64,000 nucleotides of DNA from Felis catus (Eukaryota). The notes under the pieces are model-generated. The model searched no databases, had not been told where the DNA came from, and saw nothing but the letters and a program-made list of their open reading frames with translations. The position numbers were made by a program, and so were the translations under genes. Shown in pieces: positions 26,654 through 50,299 of the stretch. The DNA lies in the NCBI RefSeq assembly GCF_018350175.1, contig NC_058369.1, positions 372,001-436,000 on the forward strand, in the 5' to 3' direction. Positions within the stretch are counted from its first letter, which is position 1. Each line of letters opens with the position of its first letter.

Positions 26654-26790
26654 NNNNNNNNNNNNNNNNNNNNNNNNNNNNNNNNNNNNNNNNNNNNNNN
26701 NNNNNNNNNNNNNNNNNNNNNNNNNNNNNNNNNNNNNNNNNNNNNNNNNNNNNNNNNNNNNNNNNNNNNNNNNNNNNNNNNNNNNNNNNN
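26654..26790. other. Assembly gap or masked segment (137 N)
   Basis: Run of n characters. Confidence 1.
26671..26777 (+). ncRNA. RNU6-9: Inferred U6 snRNA gene hidden in the N-gap (transcribed sequence not visible)
   Basis: Both PSE and TATA spacing put +1 at about 26671, and a 107-nt U6 fits wholly inside the gap. From memory, human RNU6-9 lies head-to-head about 300 bp upstream of MED16. Inference only. Confidence 0.6.
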
Positions 26791-27629
26791 GACTCTCCCG
26801 AGCGGGGAAACTGAGGCTCCACAGGTGAAGCGACTCTCCCTTTGGAGGCCCTTCCCCGGTTTTTAGGTCCTCCCGCGGGCTGCAGGGGAGGGCAGGAGGC
26901 TTCGGGCCGGGGCACCCCGCGGGCAGGGGGAAAGGGTCCTCGTGCAAGTGGCTGCACCCTCTGGGACCCCGGGCCTCCGGCGCCCATGCCAGCCACGTGG
27001 ACTTCCGCGATTTAGTGTCTGTCCTTAAAACTCTTAGGATGCCTGTTAAACGGGCCCCCGCACACCCAAGCGCCCAGACCTGGCCCGAGAGAAGGAACCA
27101 GGCTCCGTGCAGAAACACAAAGGCCTAGCTGGAGCATCCCGGGGCTCATGTATAAAAACCCCACAACGATGGGGGTGCCTCAGAGAGACCCAAGGCTGCG
27201 AGGGCCAAACCTGGACCGTGACCAGGATAAATAATACCGGATGGCCCATCGAACTAGAAAGTAAATCTTCATGTGTCCCCAATGGTTGCATAAGTGAACG
27301 CCTGGGGGAGAAGAGACAAATGTCCCTGCAGCATTCTCAATAATTAACATAGATCTTCTGTCCTCAGGGAGGTGGTTCCCAGCCCCCAGTCCTCTGTGTG
27401 GGGGGCACGCAGTAACGCCTTCCGGCCAGGATAGTGTGGCGGGGAAGGAGCTTCCCAGTGTGGAGCCCCACCAGCACTCCCAGCCGGGAGACCAGGGTCA
27501 ATGTCAGCAGTGAGGAGCCTCGTGGGCAGCGGGGCCCCCAATGTGATGGCACCAGCGAGACACTTCCCTCAGCGTCTGAACCCCCCGCTGGGTTCATCCT
27601 GCAGGACACTGGGCCAATCCCGGACACAC

Positions 27630-27865
27630 ACAGGGAGGCCACGTGAAGACGCAGGCAGGGGCTGGAATGAGGTGGCCACAGGCCAAGGAATGCCAGGGAC
27701 CCCCAGAAGCTCGGAAGAGGCAAGAAGGCCCCTCCCCTGCAGCTTCACAGCCCTGCCACAGGTTGGGTTTCGACTCCGGCTTCCAGGACTGGGAGACAAG
27801 AAATTCCTGTGGTTCTAAGCCACAGCTGGGGTACTTTGTCCTGGCCACCCCAGGACGATCACACA
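27630..27865 (+). mobile_element. MaLR LTR fragment (MLT1C/D-like)
   Basis: ggccacgtgaagac...ggccaaggaatgcc...ccagaagctcggaagaggcaag...aaattcctgtggttctaagccac...aca match MLT1 LTR 3' blocks. Confidence 0.8.
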
Positions 27866-28127
27866 AGTGACTTTTTGGACGGTGGGCAGCTGGGAAATGG
27901 TGGAGCTGGGGTTGGAACGTGGGCACCTGGGAAGGGCACGAGCCAGGCGGCAGAACCAGCGGCCTCTCCCTATACACCTCCTCAGTGTAAGGCTTCATCC
28001 CCAGGCCTTCGGCCCTCAGCGACTGAGACTCCACACATCCTGAGCACCTCTGTGCACCTGCCCCCCCCCCAGCCATACCCCCAAGGAAAGCCCCACAGCT
28101 GGAGACCAGAGACCAGAGCACCAGAAA

Positions 28128-28133
28128 TTTATT
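28128..28133 (-). terminator. R3HDM4 polyadenylation signal
   Basis: TTTATT on plus (AATAAA on minus), about 930 nt after the stop. Confidence 0.7.
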
Positions 28134-28163
28134 GAACTCTCCACTTTTCCCAAAGCACAACTA

Positions 28164-28164
<1 letters not shown>

Positions 28165-28204
<40 letters not shown>
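28165..28204. repeat. (AC)20 microsatellite in the R3HDM4 3' UTR
   Basis: Perfect dinucleotide run. Confidence 0.95.
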
Positions 28205-28206
<2 letters not shown>

Positions 28207-29066
28207 GAGGGGTCCCCCAGCCCTGCTCTTGTGGGACATGCCAGGGTGGCCAGTGAGAGGTCAGCCCAAGGCAACGGGCCAGAGCTAGGCTAGGGGAAGG
28301 GCAAAGGGACACGGACAGGGGAATGGGGCAGTCCTAGGGCAGAGGCTTCTGGCTGGAAGTCCTGATCCCGCAGGATGAAGGGAGGAGGTGTGTAGAGCAA
28401 ATGGGGCCCCAAGAGCCACCAAAAGCCACCCGTGGAGGACAAACATGTTCCAAAAGGGTGGCAAGACCAGCCTTTAAGATGCAGCCCCTGTCCTAGGGCG
28501 TGGGGCACACGCGCAGGCGCACACGACAGAACACACCTGGAAAAAGGGGCGGAGCCCCAGGCCCCCCCTCCCCCACATCCAAGCCAAAAGCTGGGGGATG
28601 GGGGAGGATCAAACAGGGACTGGAACAAAGTCCCCCGATTTATCAGTTGGGGCAAGTTTTTGGTTTTTCTTCCCAAAAGGGAAATTTAAAAATCTACAAC
28701 AAATCATGCCAAATTCATTAAAAGTGATAAAAACCCAGCCTGTCGCTCCTTGCTTAAGTTTCAGACGGGGCCGAAAAAGCTGAACGAAGAAGGAACACGG
28801 AAGTGACCAGGCCGGGTCTCCTCGCTCAAACTCAAGTCCCGGAGCGGGGAGCTGCAAGGCCAGGACAGTCCGGTGTGGGGGGCCAGGGCCTCGCGTTTAT
28901 CTGGGAGAGGCGGGCTGGGAAGGAGTCAGAGGGATAACCCCCCCCCCCAGGGGTAGAGCACGTCTGCAGGGACAAATCCTCCAAATAATAAAGATACTTT
29001 AGCGAATGGCACGGGAGGCCTGGGGGAAGGGAGGCTGGGGGCGGGGGAGGGGGAGGGGGGCGGCCA

Positions 29067-37777
<8,711 letters not shown>

Positions 37778-38226
37778 GGCCCGGACGCTGCTGCCGCCGC
37801 CGCCGCCGCCCGGCAGGGCCTTCTCGGGCCGAGCAGGAAGTGACGGGCGCCCAGAGGCGGGCCGGGGCGGGGCCTGGAGGCTGGACGCGCGGGGCGGGGA
37901 CCGAGGCCGCAGGGCCAGCCAGATCCCGGGGCACACACGGGGAGACCGAGGCGGCGGGTAGCGAGATCCCCGCCCCCGAAGCCTGGAGGCCGGTGGGCGG
38001 GGCACCCAGCCTCCAGGGGCTGGTCGGGGAAACCGAGGCCTGGGGAGCTAGGAAAGAGGGGGGCATCCATTTCAGAGGCAGGAGACAGATGAAATGACCC
38101 AAGCCGCGCCCCCACCCCGGCCCCCAGCCCCGAGTCCACCAGACTCTCCCAGTCCTGTTTCAGTGCGGCCCCTGGAGCCCTGACTCCTTTACTCATCTCT
38201 GAAAATAGACGTTAAAAGGAGGGGAG

Positions 38227-38430
38227 GGGGGCGCCTAGGTGGCTCAGTCGATTAAGCTCTGACTTGGGCTTGGGTCATGATCTCGCGGTCAGTGGGTTCG
38301 AGCCCTGTTGGGACTCTGTGCTGACAGCTCCGAGCCTGGAGCTGCTTCAGATTCTGTGTCTTCCTCTCTCTCTGCTCCTCCCCCACTCACACTCTGTCTC
38401 CCTCTCAAAATAAATAAGCATAATAATTAA
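38227..38430 (+). mobile_element. CanSINE (feliform type)
   Basis: ggggcgcctaggtggctcagtcgattaag head, tgtgctgacagctc segment, CT-tract, A-rich tail. Confidence 0.9.
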
Positions 38431-38509
38431 AAATTTTTTTTAATAAAACAATTTTTTTTTTTTTTACATAGGGCAACATCAGTTCCCACCCCCTTTCACC
38501 CCTGAGGAT

Positions 38510-38870
38510 TTGTTCATTTGACAAATGTCCACTGTCAGCAGGGCCCAGTGATGGGCTCTGGGGTGTGGCAGTGGCCGGGACAGACCCTTTCCCCTCGGAG
38601 TGGGGCAGGAAAGAGGAGTTCTCCGAGAGAGGGACTGGCGGGCTGCAAAGTGAGAAGAGTGTGTCAGGCAGAGAGGACAGCCAGTGCAAAGGCCCTGAGG
38701 TATCCAGAGTGACCAGAGCTGGGTGATGAGTGAGCATGAGGGGGAAGGAGGCACAGGGCCGAGGGTGGACCCGTGAGCCCTGCGGTCCTGTGATGGCGGG
38801 TCTGGCAACGGGGAGCTGTGGGAGGGTTGGGAGCAGAGAATCGAACCTGTGGAATCTGGCTGGAACCCAC
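38510..38870 (-). mobile_element. L2 relic
   Basis: ttcatttgacaaatgtcc... and gaggacagccagtgcaaaggccctgagg are typical L2 blocks. Confidence 0.55.
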
Positions 38871-39646
38871 CCTTCAGTCTACAAGAAAAGTGGAAACCAG
38901 GACCACGTGAAGAGACGCCACAGGGAGACAGCGGCCGCAGACAGCCTGTTGGAAACTGTGCCGGACCATGACCGGATCACTTTGACAAACACACAGGGTA
39001 CGGGGGAGGGGCTGCTAAAAGAGCCCCCAAAGCGCGTACTATGTGGCATCATACGGATAAATGTGAAAAGAGCCAAATGAATCAAAGGTGATATAAATCC
39101 AGAGAGAAGGCGCCTGCGGGGGGGGGGGGCGGCCAGCAGGGGGTCCTGGGGGGGTTGGTTCCCGCTGGTTCTGGGGGGCGGGGATTGGTTCCTGCTCCCG
39201 CCCCCGAGAACTAACTGCCCAATAAATGTGCTAATTCTAGAGCATGCGACCGGGCCTCCCCCCCATTCTGGGGTCTCCTTTCTGGGGAACCTGGGTTGGT
39301 ACCCTCCTCACACCCGCCTGGACCCTCGGCCGCCCCAGGAGCTGCCGCTGCTCTCCCCACAGCCCCCACCTCAAAGAAGTTTCTCTTCCTTTTCTGATTG
39401 TTTAAGCCGTTGTCCAGAATCGTCCTCAAGATGGAAAGCGGGTGGACAGAAAAAGTATCTGGGGTACGTGGGGTACACATGCCCTTGCAAACTGCCCTCC
39501 ACCTGGTTCCTACCCCCAGTGGCACAGGTGCCCACGCCCCCAGTGCGAGTGTCCAATAGGGGCAGCCAGTCAGGCAGGGGGCCACACCCCCATCCACAGC
39601 CAAGGAGTCCCCGCAGGCTGTGTACTTCAAGAACAGGTATCTTCTA

Positions 39647-39856
39647 GGGGCGCCCGGTGGCTCAGTCGGTTATCGTCTGATTCTGGCTCAGGCCATGATC
39701 TCGTGCCCACCTTGGGCTCTGCGCTGACAGCTCAGAGCCTGGAGCCTGCTTCAGATTCTCTGTCTCCCTCTCTGTCTGTCCCACCCCCCCACCCCCGCTT
39801 GTGCTCTGTCCCTCTGTCTCTCAAAAATAATTAACGTTAAAAAAATATATATGAAA
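39647..39856 (+). mobile_element. CanSINE (feliform type)
   Basis: Full head, body and tail; 18-bp TSD AAGAAC(A/G)GGT(A/G)TCTTCTA at 39629 and 39857. Confidence 0.93.
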
Positions 39857-40509
39857 AAGAACGGGTGTCTTCTAACTGCCAGTTCCCCGGCGGACCTGAC
39901 CTGCCCTGCTCTGAGCCTTCTATGGCTCTCCAGTGCCCCTTCTCCCAGCCTCTGATGGGGGCTGGCCTCCCTGCCAGCCAGGGCCCACCCACCCGGAGCC
40001 CCAGCCACGCGGAAGGCTAACAGGGCGCCTTCTCTGGTCTCTGTTTTGTCCCCGCCGCTTGCCTGTCCTCTGAGTCTCAACCCCCTGGTTAGGCTCGCCC
40101 TCTAGGGTCCACAGCAGCCTCCACACAGCCTCCCCCCTCCCCTCTCCCCTGGTCCCGCGAGCCCCACCTCCAGCCTGTCCCTCCAGGGCTGCGGGGCCAG
40201 ACTGTGCAAGGAGAGCGAAAGCGGGAGAAGGTGGCTGTGCACGTGAGTGGAGGGCGCACGGGCAGCTGAAGGAGTGGCCAGCGGCTGCGGGAGAGGCGGG
40301 GACCAGGGGGGCGCAGGGGATAAAGTGGCCGCGGCTGCGTCGGCAGCAGAGAAGCCGCCCTGCCCCGCGGAGTCGCCCTCCGGGTCTGGTGGCCTGCAGC
40401 CGAGACCCTTCCCAGGCTCCGCGGGCGTGTCCCCAGCAGGCAGCGAGGAGGAAGGTCGCCGCCTGGGCGCAAGCCGGCGGGCGGCCAGGGGGAAGAGGGC
40501 GGCGAAGCC

Positions 40510-44030
<3,521 letters not shown>

Positions 44031-44398
44031 GGGAGCGTCCGGCCCCAATCCGGGCGGATTCTGCGGGAGAGAGCTGGGCCCCTGTGGGACAGGTGCCGTT
44101 TGAACAGCAACCGCTCGCATGTGGTTATTAATATCTCGGTTTCTGTGCAAGATAATCATAGTGAAAACGTCCCCCCCCCCCATGTCCCCTCGGTACGAAT
44201 TTGCTGTGATGTCTGCTCCCACTGATATCCTAATTACTTACTTCTGTATTTCCTGAAATTGAAGACACTTTGATACTGGCACTCTCTGGAACGTTCCCCC
44301 ATAGCACTGACGGACATCTTGCAATCGTAACGTTATAAGCTTCGTCCCATTTTCAGAAATACGGACATGTGAACAGCGTGTGATTTTTAAAGTGCTGA

Positions 44399-44404
44399 AA
44401 TAAA
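44399..44404 (+). terminator. KISS1R polyadenylation signal
   Basis: First AATAAA I found after the stop (about 370 nt), at the end of an AT-rich 3' UTR. Confidence 0.65.
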
Positions 44405-45774
44405 GTAGTGTTACTGCTACCCGGTGAATGTCCAGCGTCCCGGCTGGGGAAAGGGCGGGTGTCACGGAGTGCACAGGTGCTCCCTGGAGCACGTGCACAG
44501 AGCCGCTCGCCCGACGGACGGACGGATGGGCGGACGGACGGCTCCTTGAGAAAGCGCCCCACAGCGGAGGGAGGCAGAAGAGCGGCCGATTCTCACTCCC
44601 GGGCCTGTGGAGTAACTGGGCTGGGCTGGGCTGGACGGGCGCACCTAGCGGCCGGACCTGGAAGGCCCCAGAAGGCCTTCCTGGCAGGCCTAGTGGCGGA
44701 GCAGTCCTCTCCCCACGCCCCCACCCCCCACCCATGTGGCTGTTGGGCTTCCTTCCCGCATGGCCGCATGGTGCTCCCGGAAAGTCAGGCTCATCCCTTG
44801 GCACAGGTTCCAGGAAGAGCCTGGAGGCCTGGGCTCAGAAGCCCCACACCGCTGTTTGCACCCGGATTGCTGCGAGCCGTCAGAGCCTCGCCCCGCCCAG
44901 ATGTCGCTTGGGTGGGGCTGCCTGCGCAGGATTAGTTCAGCCTTCCCCCAACAGCCCTGCTGGCTGAGGCTTAGTCACTCCTGCAGGACCCCCGCCCATC
45001 TCTGGGAGGGCTCCAGGGCTCCCAACTTATCTGGAAACAGCACGGCCCTGCAAGTAATCCAAATTGGCAGCGATGTTAATGTGAGACCAAGAGGCCAAAA
45101 CACAGGGCCATTTCGACATTGGCCTGAAGCTGGCTTGTTCTTGTCTTCAACACCAGCCTCCAGACCGGGCAGGACAAGAGGGTGGAATTCTCCCCTTTGC
45201 CCACAGGCCCTGCCGCCCCCGCCCACTCCCTGCCCTCCAAACTCACCCTCTCTGTGCAGCTGCTTGAACTGCTGCCATCCCTGTGGCCTCTGGGCCTTTG
45301 CACATGCAGGTCTGGCTGTCGTGCCAGCTGTGCCTCACTCATCCATCAAGTCTCAGCTCAGCTGGCTCCTCCTCCTCCTCCTCCTCCGGGAAGCCTTCCT
45401 GGAGCTCTCTGCGCCCAGCGCTGCCCCCATCACGGTTCTGATGTCCCTGTGTTGTACCTGCTGGCTGCCTGTCTCACGTGGTCCCCCACGTATCCCCAGC
45501 GCCCAGCGCATGGTCGGGCTGATTAGATATTTGCGGGATGAATGACCAAGTGTGTTGTGGGGGTTAAGAGAGAAAGTGTGTGCAGAGGGAGTGGCACAGT
45601 TTCTGCAGGAAAAACGTTTTTTTTTTAAAAAAAAAAGAAGGTGAAGGGGGCTCTGGGGTATTCACGTCAGAGAAATAAAAGCTCCGGGACAGAAAACCCG
45701 CACACTTAGCTCACCTGCGGCAGCCGACACGCGGTACCTTGGGCGTCCACGACACGCGTGTGGGCAAGCACACT

Positions 45775-46225
45775 CGCCCACCCACACCATGGGACACAAC
45801 TCAGCAGCAGACAGTTGTGGGCGCGGGGCAGACACGTGGCCCCTCGGACGCATCTCCCAGAATCACGCGGGGAAAATCAGGCAACCCCCAAGGTTACACG
45901 ACACGTGTGGTTCTAACAGCACCTGGAGGAGAGAGCGTTATGGGGATGGAGAAGAGACCGGTGGTTGCCGGGGTGAGGGCGGTAGGGGCGGTGAGCGAGG
46001 TGGGCGGGGGGGGGGGGGCAGCAGGAGGGACCCTCGTGATGGCACACTCCTGTCCCATAAAACGGGGAAATCCAAAGAAGGTGGGCGGATCGCATCAGTG
46101 TCAAAATCCTGGTTGTGATACCGTAGTGCAGTGTTACAAAATGTCACTGTCGGGGGAAGCCTGGCGAAGTTCTGCGTCAGGATTCACGATTATCTCAGGA
46201 AAACACACAAAGTTGAAGGGCTGAA
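45775..46225 (+). mobile_element. Old L1 3' end (L1MC-like), GC-shifted
   Basis: ccggtggttgccgggg and atcagtgtcaaaatcctggttgtgatacc...gggggaagcctgg...acgattatctca correspond to L1MC 3' UTR blocks. Confidence 0.7.
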
Positions 46226-46257
46226 AGGGAGGTCTAGGAAGAGGAGTCGTTTGGGGC

Positions 46258-46745
46258 CCATTTAGCTGGACCTCGTTTTCGGAGCCCCTCCCGTGTGCCA
46301 GGCTCTGCGCTGGGGGTCGGGCCACGGCAGTGAGGAGGGGCTTCCTGTACACAGTCCCTGCCTGGTCTTGGACGGAAGGGGCAGACTACCTGGAGAGATG
46401 CAGAGTTAGAGCAGCAGAAAGGGTCATGAGAAAGACATGTGTGCCCCTCGTGGGTCACTGGGAGCCTGACCTTGGTGGGGGTGAGTCCGGGAAGGCTTCC
46501 TGGAGCAGGCAAGTCTGGGAAATGTGAACGCAGCTCGGAGGTGGGGGAAGAGCACAACAGATGGGGAGCACAGACAGTGTAAAGGCCCTGGGGCAGGAAA
46601 CATCTGGTGAGAAAGAGCTAGAAGGCCTGCGGGGCCAGAGGAGAGTGCAGTGGGAAGATTGCCAGCTGCAGGGATAAGCCGGATCTTTCCTGAGGGTGAT
46701 GGGAACCATGGAGGCTCCTAAGCAGGGAGGGACACGGCCAAGGTA
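46258..46745 (-). mobile_element. L2 relic
   Basis: gtgtgccaggctctgcgctggg, gggaaggcttcctggag and gtgtaaaggccctggggcaggaa are L2-like blocks. Confidence 0.55.
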
Positions 46746-46904
46746 GGTGGAGACTTTTCCGGTTTATTACTTCATTACTACCACGGGTCTTGCCTTTTGA
46801 GCTGCCAGGACCAGGCATATGCCAGCACAGCCCATCCGAGAGAGCAGGTGGGATGGGCCTCAGGGCCACCTGATGGGGATAAACCCTGGGGGTCTGGGGT
46901 AGGG

Positions 46905-47030
46905 AAAGGGGCTAATTTCAATTTCCGATAAACAATGAACAACTTTTTAGTATAAGTAGGTCCTGTGCAAAACTTAGGATACACTTAAAATTTAACCGCG
47001 AATCCGGTATTTATCTGGCAATTCTACCGT
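46905..47030. mobile_element. MER53-like MITE fragment
   Basis: aatttcaatttccgataaacaatgaacaactttttagtataagta...aaatttaacc...tatttatctggcaa. Confidence 0.65.
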
Positions 47031-47121
47031 AGGACATTCAGAAGGAGCCACAGGGGACAAAATAACTCCGCGGGCCTCAGTTTCCCCGTCTGACCCGGGA
47101 AAGTCGTTTTCAGGGGACACG

Positions 47122-47135
47122 GCGCCACCTGGCGG
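47122..47135 (-). promoter_or_regulatory. CTCF consensus site between KISS1R and ARID3A
   Basis: The minus strand reads CCGCCAGGTGGCGC, inside a small CpG cluster. Confidence 0.6.
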
Positions 47136-47707
47136 CCTCAGGCGCCGGCCCCGCCCCTGACTGCAGTCCCGTCGGTGCCCGGCAGGTGGGGCGCGCACCC
47201 CACCGAAGTTCCCGGCTCGACCCCCACAAAGGAGCCGCCAGCGCTAAGGGGCGGTCGCCCATGGGAACCCCATACCAGACCCCGGCCCAGCGTCTCCCCG
47301 ATGCGGAATGGGTCAAGCGAGCCGCATCATGAACTTCCTGGGTCGCAGGCACTTTCGTCTCCTCGGTCTTGTCTATGAGAAACTATTAAACGTGATACTT
47401 TACTGTTTTTACAAAACCTAATATAATTTAGGCTGGATTCATTAATATACATCCGTTATTGGTACATTTGCTTTTCTCTTACTTTAAAAGTTGTTGAAAT
47501 CGCATTTTCGTGGACCCCGGCTTGCAGGGCCAGGGCAACCCGGGAGCCAGGTGCAAGTGACGGAAAACAGGGTTGAGTCGTTTCCACGGGGCCCAGCACC
47601 CCTGTCCGGGCTTGTTTGTTTTGGAAATCAAGACGGTGAATTGTTCCCCTCCACCTCTGTATAGACAGACGCCAAAAATCCTGTGGGATGAGGGAGGGAA
47701 CACACGA

Positions 47708-48040
47708 ATTCACTCAACCAACATTTATTGAGCAACTACTATGTGCCAGGCACAGCCTCAGGCCTGGAAACCCTGCTTCAAGCAAGGAAGAGTGGGTCAA
47801 GTGAATACCGGACGTATCAAAAACAGAAGCACCTGGATGAAGACAAAACAGGGTGACATGATGGGGTCACGCCTGACCCTGAGAGGTCAGGGAGGGACCC
47901 TCTGAGGAGCAGAGGCTCCAGTGTGAAGCAGGAGAGGGCACGGGCCATGGGGTGACCTGGAAAGGGGACGCCACACAGAAGGACTGGCCAGTGCAAAGGC
48001 CCAGATGTGGGAACATGTTTGAGGAGGAAAAACATGGGGA
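47708..48040 (-). mobile_element. L2 3' end relic
   Basis: ttcactcaaccaacatttattgagcaactactatgtgccaggcac is the reverse complement of the L2 terminus. Confidence 0.8.
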
Positions 48041-48065
48041 GGTGGACTGTTTGGGATCTGGGTGA

Positions 48066-48303
48066 ATTTTTTTTAAAACTATTTTTTCAATCTTTTTTGT
48101 ACATTTATGTATTTTTGAGAGACAGAGAGAGACAGAGCATGAGCGGGGCAGGGGCAGAGAGAGAGGGAGACACAGAATCCGAAGCAGGCTCCAGGCTCTA
48201 AGCTGTCAGCACAGAGCCCGACGTGGGGCTCGAACTCACAAAGGCGAGACCATGACCCGGAGCCAAAGTTGATGTTTCACCAACTGAGCCACCGAGGCAC
48301 CCT
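48066..48303 (-). mobile_element. CanSINE (feliform type)
   Basis: T-rich tail, gagagacagag tract, gctgtcagcacagagcccgacgtggggctcgaactcac; flanking 17-bp direct repeat GATCTGGGTGAATTTTT at 48055 and 48322. Confidence 0.92.
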
Positions 48304-48884
48304 CCCCCGCCTTTCTTTTTTGATCTGGGTGAATTTTTAAGAGGGTGCTTCCCCCACCCTCCCCCACCCCTGAGTGGGGAGCTGGCTACTTTTTCCCCGG
48401 GGGGGGGGGGGGGGGAGGTGTCCCAAACCCGCAGGGGCCTTGCAACATGGTCTGGACAGGAAACCTTATAGGACTTGGGTCTCTGTACCCATTTCCCAGC
48501 TTGCAAAACAGAGACCAAAGAAGGGTCAGCACCAACTGGAAATCACATAGCAGGACCAGGAGGACCGAGGTGGAACCAGGGCCTGCTGCCCACTCCCAGT
48601 GGAGCCAGCAAGTCTGCGAATCAATTCCCAGCTCCCTCCCTGGGCTAAAAATAGGATGGCCTCACTGGAGGCAGCTGGGAATCCTGCAGCCCCTCACCCT
48701 CTAGGACTGGGCACCTCTGGGGAAGTCGCTATGTATGGACAACTTTCCCCAGGGAAATGGGGGAAGGGCAGCACCCCCCCCCACCCCGCCCTTGAGAGTA
48801 CCCCGCCGTGCCCCTCCTTTTGAGCAGAAGGAAATGGAACCCTCAAAACGAGTATACGAGGAATGAATTAACGTGGACTCATTT

Positions 48885-49090
48885 GGGGGTGCCTGGGTGG
48901 CTCAGCCTTTGAACGTCCGGACTCTTGATTTTGGCTCAAGTTGTGGTCCTACACGCTGCGGAGGCCAAGGGATCCAGCCCTGCGTTGGGCTCCCCACTGA
49001 GCGTGGAGCCTGCTTAAGATTCTCTTTCTCTCCCTCTGCCCCTCTGTGTACACGTGCGCTCCCTCTCTAAAAAGAAAGGATAAAAAACAA
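48885..49090 (+). mobile_element. Older CanSINE
   Basis: gggggtgcctgggtggctcag head and CT-tract; 15-bp TSD with 3 mismatches (AACGTGGACTCATTT / AACATGGGCTCCTTT). Confidence 0.85.
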
Positions 49091-50299
49091 ACAAAACATG
49101 GGCTCCTTTTACAAGGGAAGACGGAGGCAGAGAGGCTCACGAATCTCACCTGGGTGGGGCAGGGAGTGCCTTCTGATGTCCTTGGCTCTAGGATGGGGAA
49201 GAGGCTTTCCTGCACTTGGGAGAAGTGGCTCCTGGTGGGGGGGGGGGTGCCTGGACCCTTATGGTGGCTGTCCTCCCACCTGGGAGCTCACCTGGGTCTC
49301 TCCAAGCTTCCCCTCTTTGGGCAGATGTCTCTGCCCCTCCCACTGGAGGGGGGTGTGGACGAGCAGGCAGCTGGGACTGGGTGTTTAATAGCCTAAAGGT
49401 GGAGGCCTCTCACCACCTGCTGCCATTAGGCTACAGGAGGCCCTGGGGCTCGAGGGCTGGGTTCCTGAAAGGTGGGCAGGACTCCAGCCCTGGGGTGGGG
49501 GCAGCCTCCAGGCACTCATCCCCTGGGCTTGGGAATCCCACCCCCCACCCCCACCTGAAGCAGGAAACCTGCACTTTGCACTGGAGGCTTGAGGTCCTGA
49601 GAAGATGTCAGTAGCGTGAGCCTTAGGGTACATGAAACCAACACTGAAAACCAGGGGCCCACTCCACCCGGTAGGACCGTGGACAAGTGGCCCCCAGGCC
49701 AACTGCCCACCCGTGCTCCCACTGGGTTCACATCTGGGCTGCAGCCGGGCCCCTGCAATTAGTCCCAAGGGTGGCCCCTGGACCTCAGACCTCCCAGCAG
49801 AGCCCACATCCACATCCCCACCTTCGAGGCGCCCTACTCTGTTCCTCGGCGTCGCTCTCTTTGAAATGAGGACATTAAGAGTCTCTCCTACACAGAGATG
49901 TGAACGTGCATAGGACACATGGCGGGCAAGGGGAGGCTCAGAAGATGAAAATTATTATCAAGTTATTATTACCAAGGAGATTATCTTGTCTCTCCTCCTA
50001 GAGGGTGACGGTCGGGGGCAGGGGTCGTCACGATTTCACAAGGAGTCTTCCCGAGGACCAGCACGCACTCCCCCACCCCCACGCTTGTGTCCAAGCAGCG
50101 CTGCCCCCCCCCCCCCCGCCCCCGGCGGCAGCTTTCCCTCTCCTAGGCCTCTCCCCACCCTGCAGCACCCCCGACGAGGGTCCTGGCCTCCTCCCTGAGC
50201 CCCCGGCCTGCTCTCATTTCTCTTCCTTGTAGCTCCAGTCATCACCGAGTCTTTAATCCCCATTTTACAGATGTGGCAACAGAGGCTCTGTTGGGGGTG

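Noticed and set aside
47380-47530. AT-rich island possibly regulatory or an ncRNA
   Set aside because: It looks like a decayed DNA-transposon fragment, but I could not assign a family; a Dfam search is needed.
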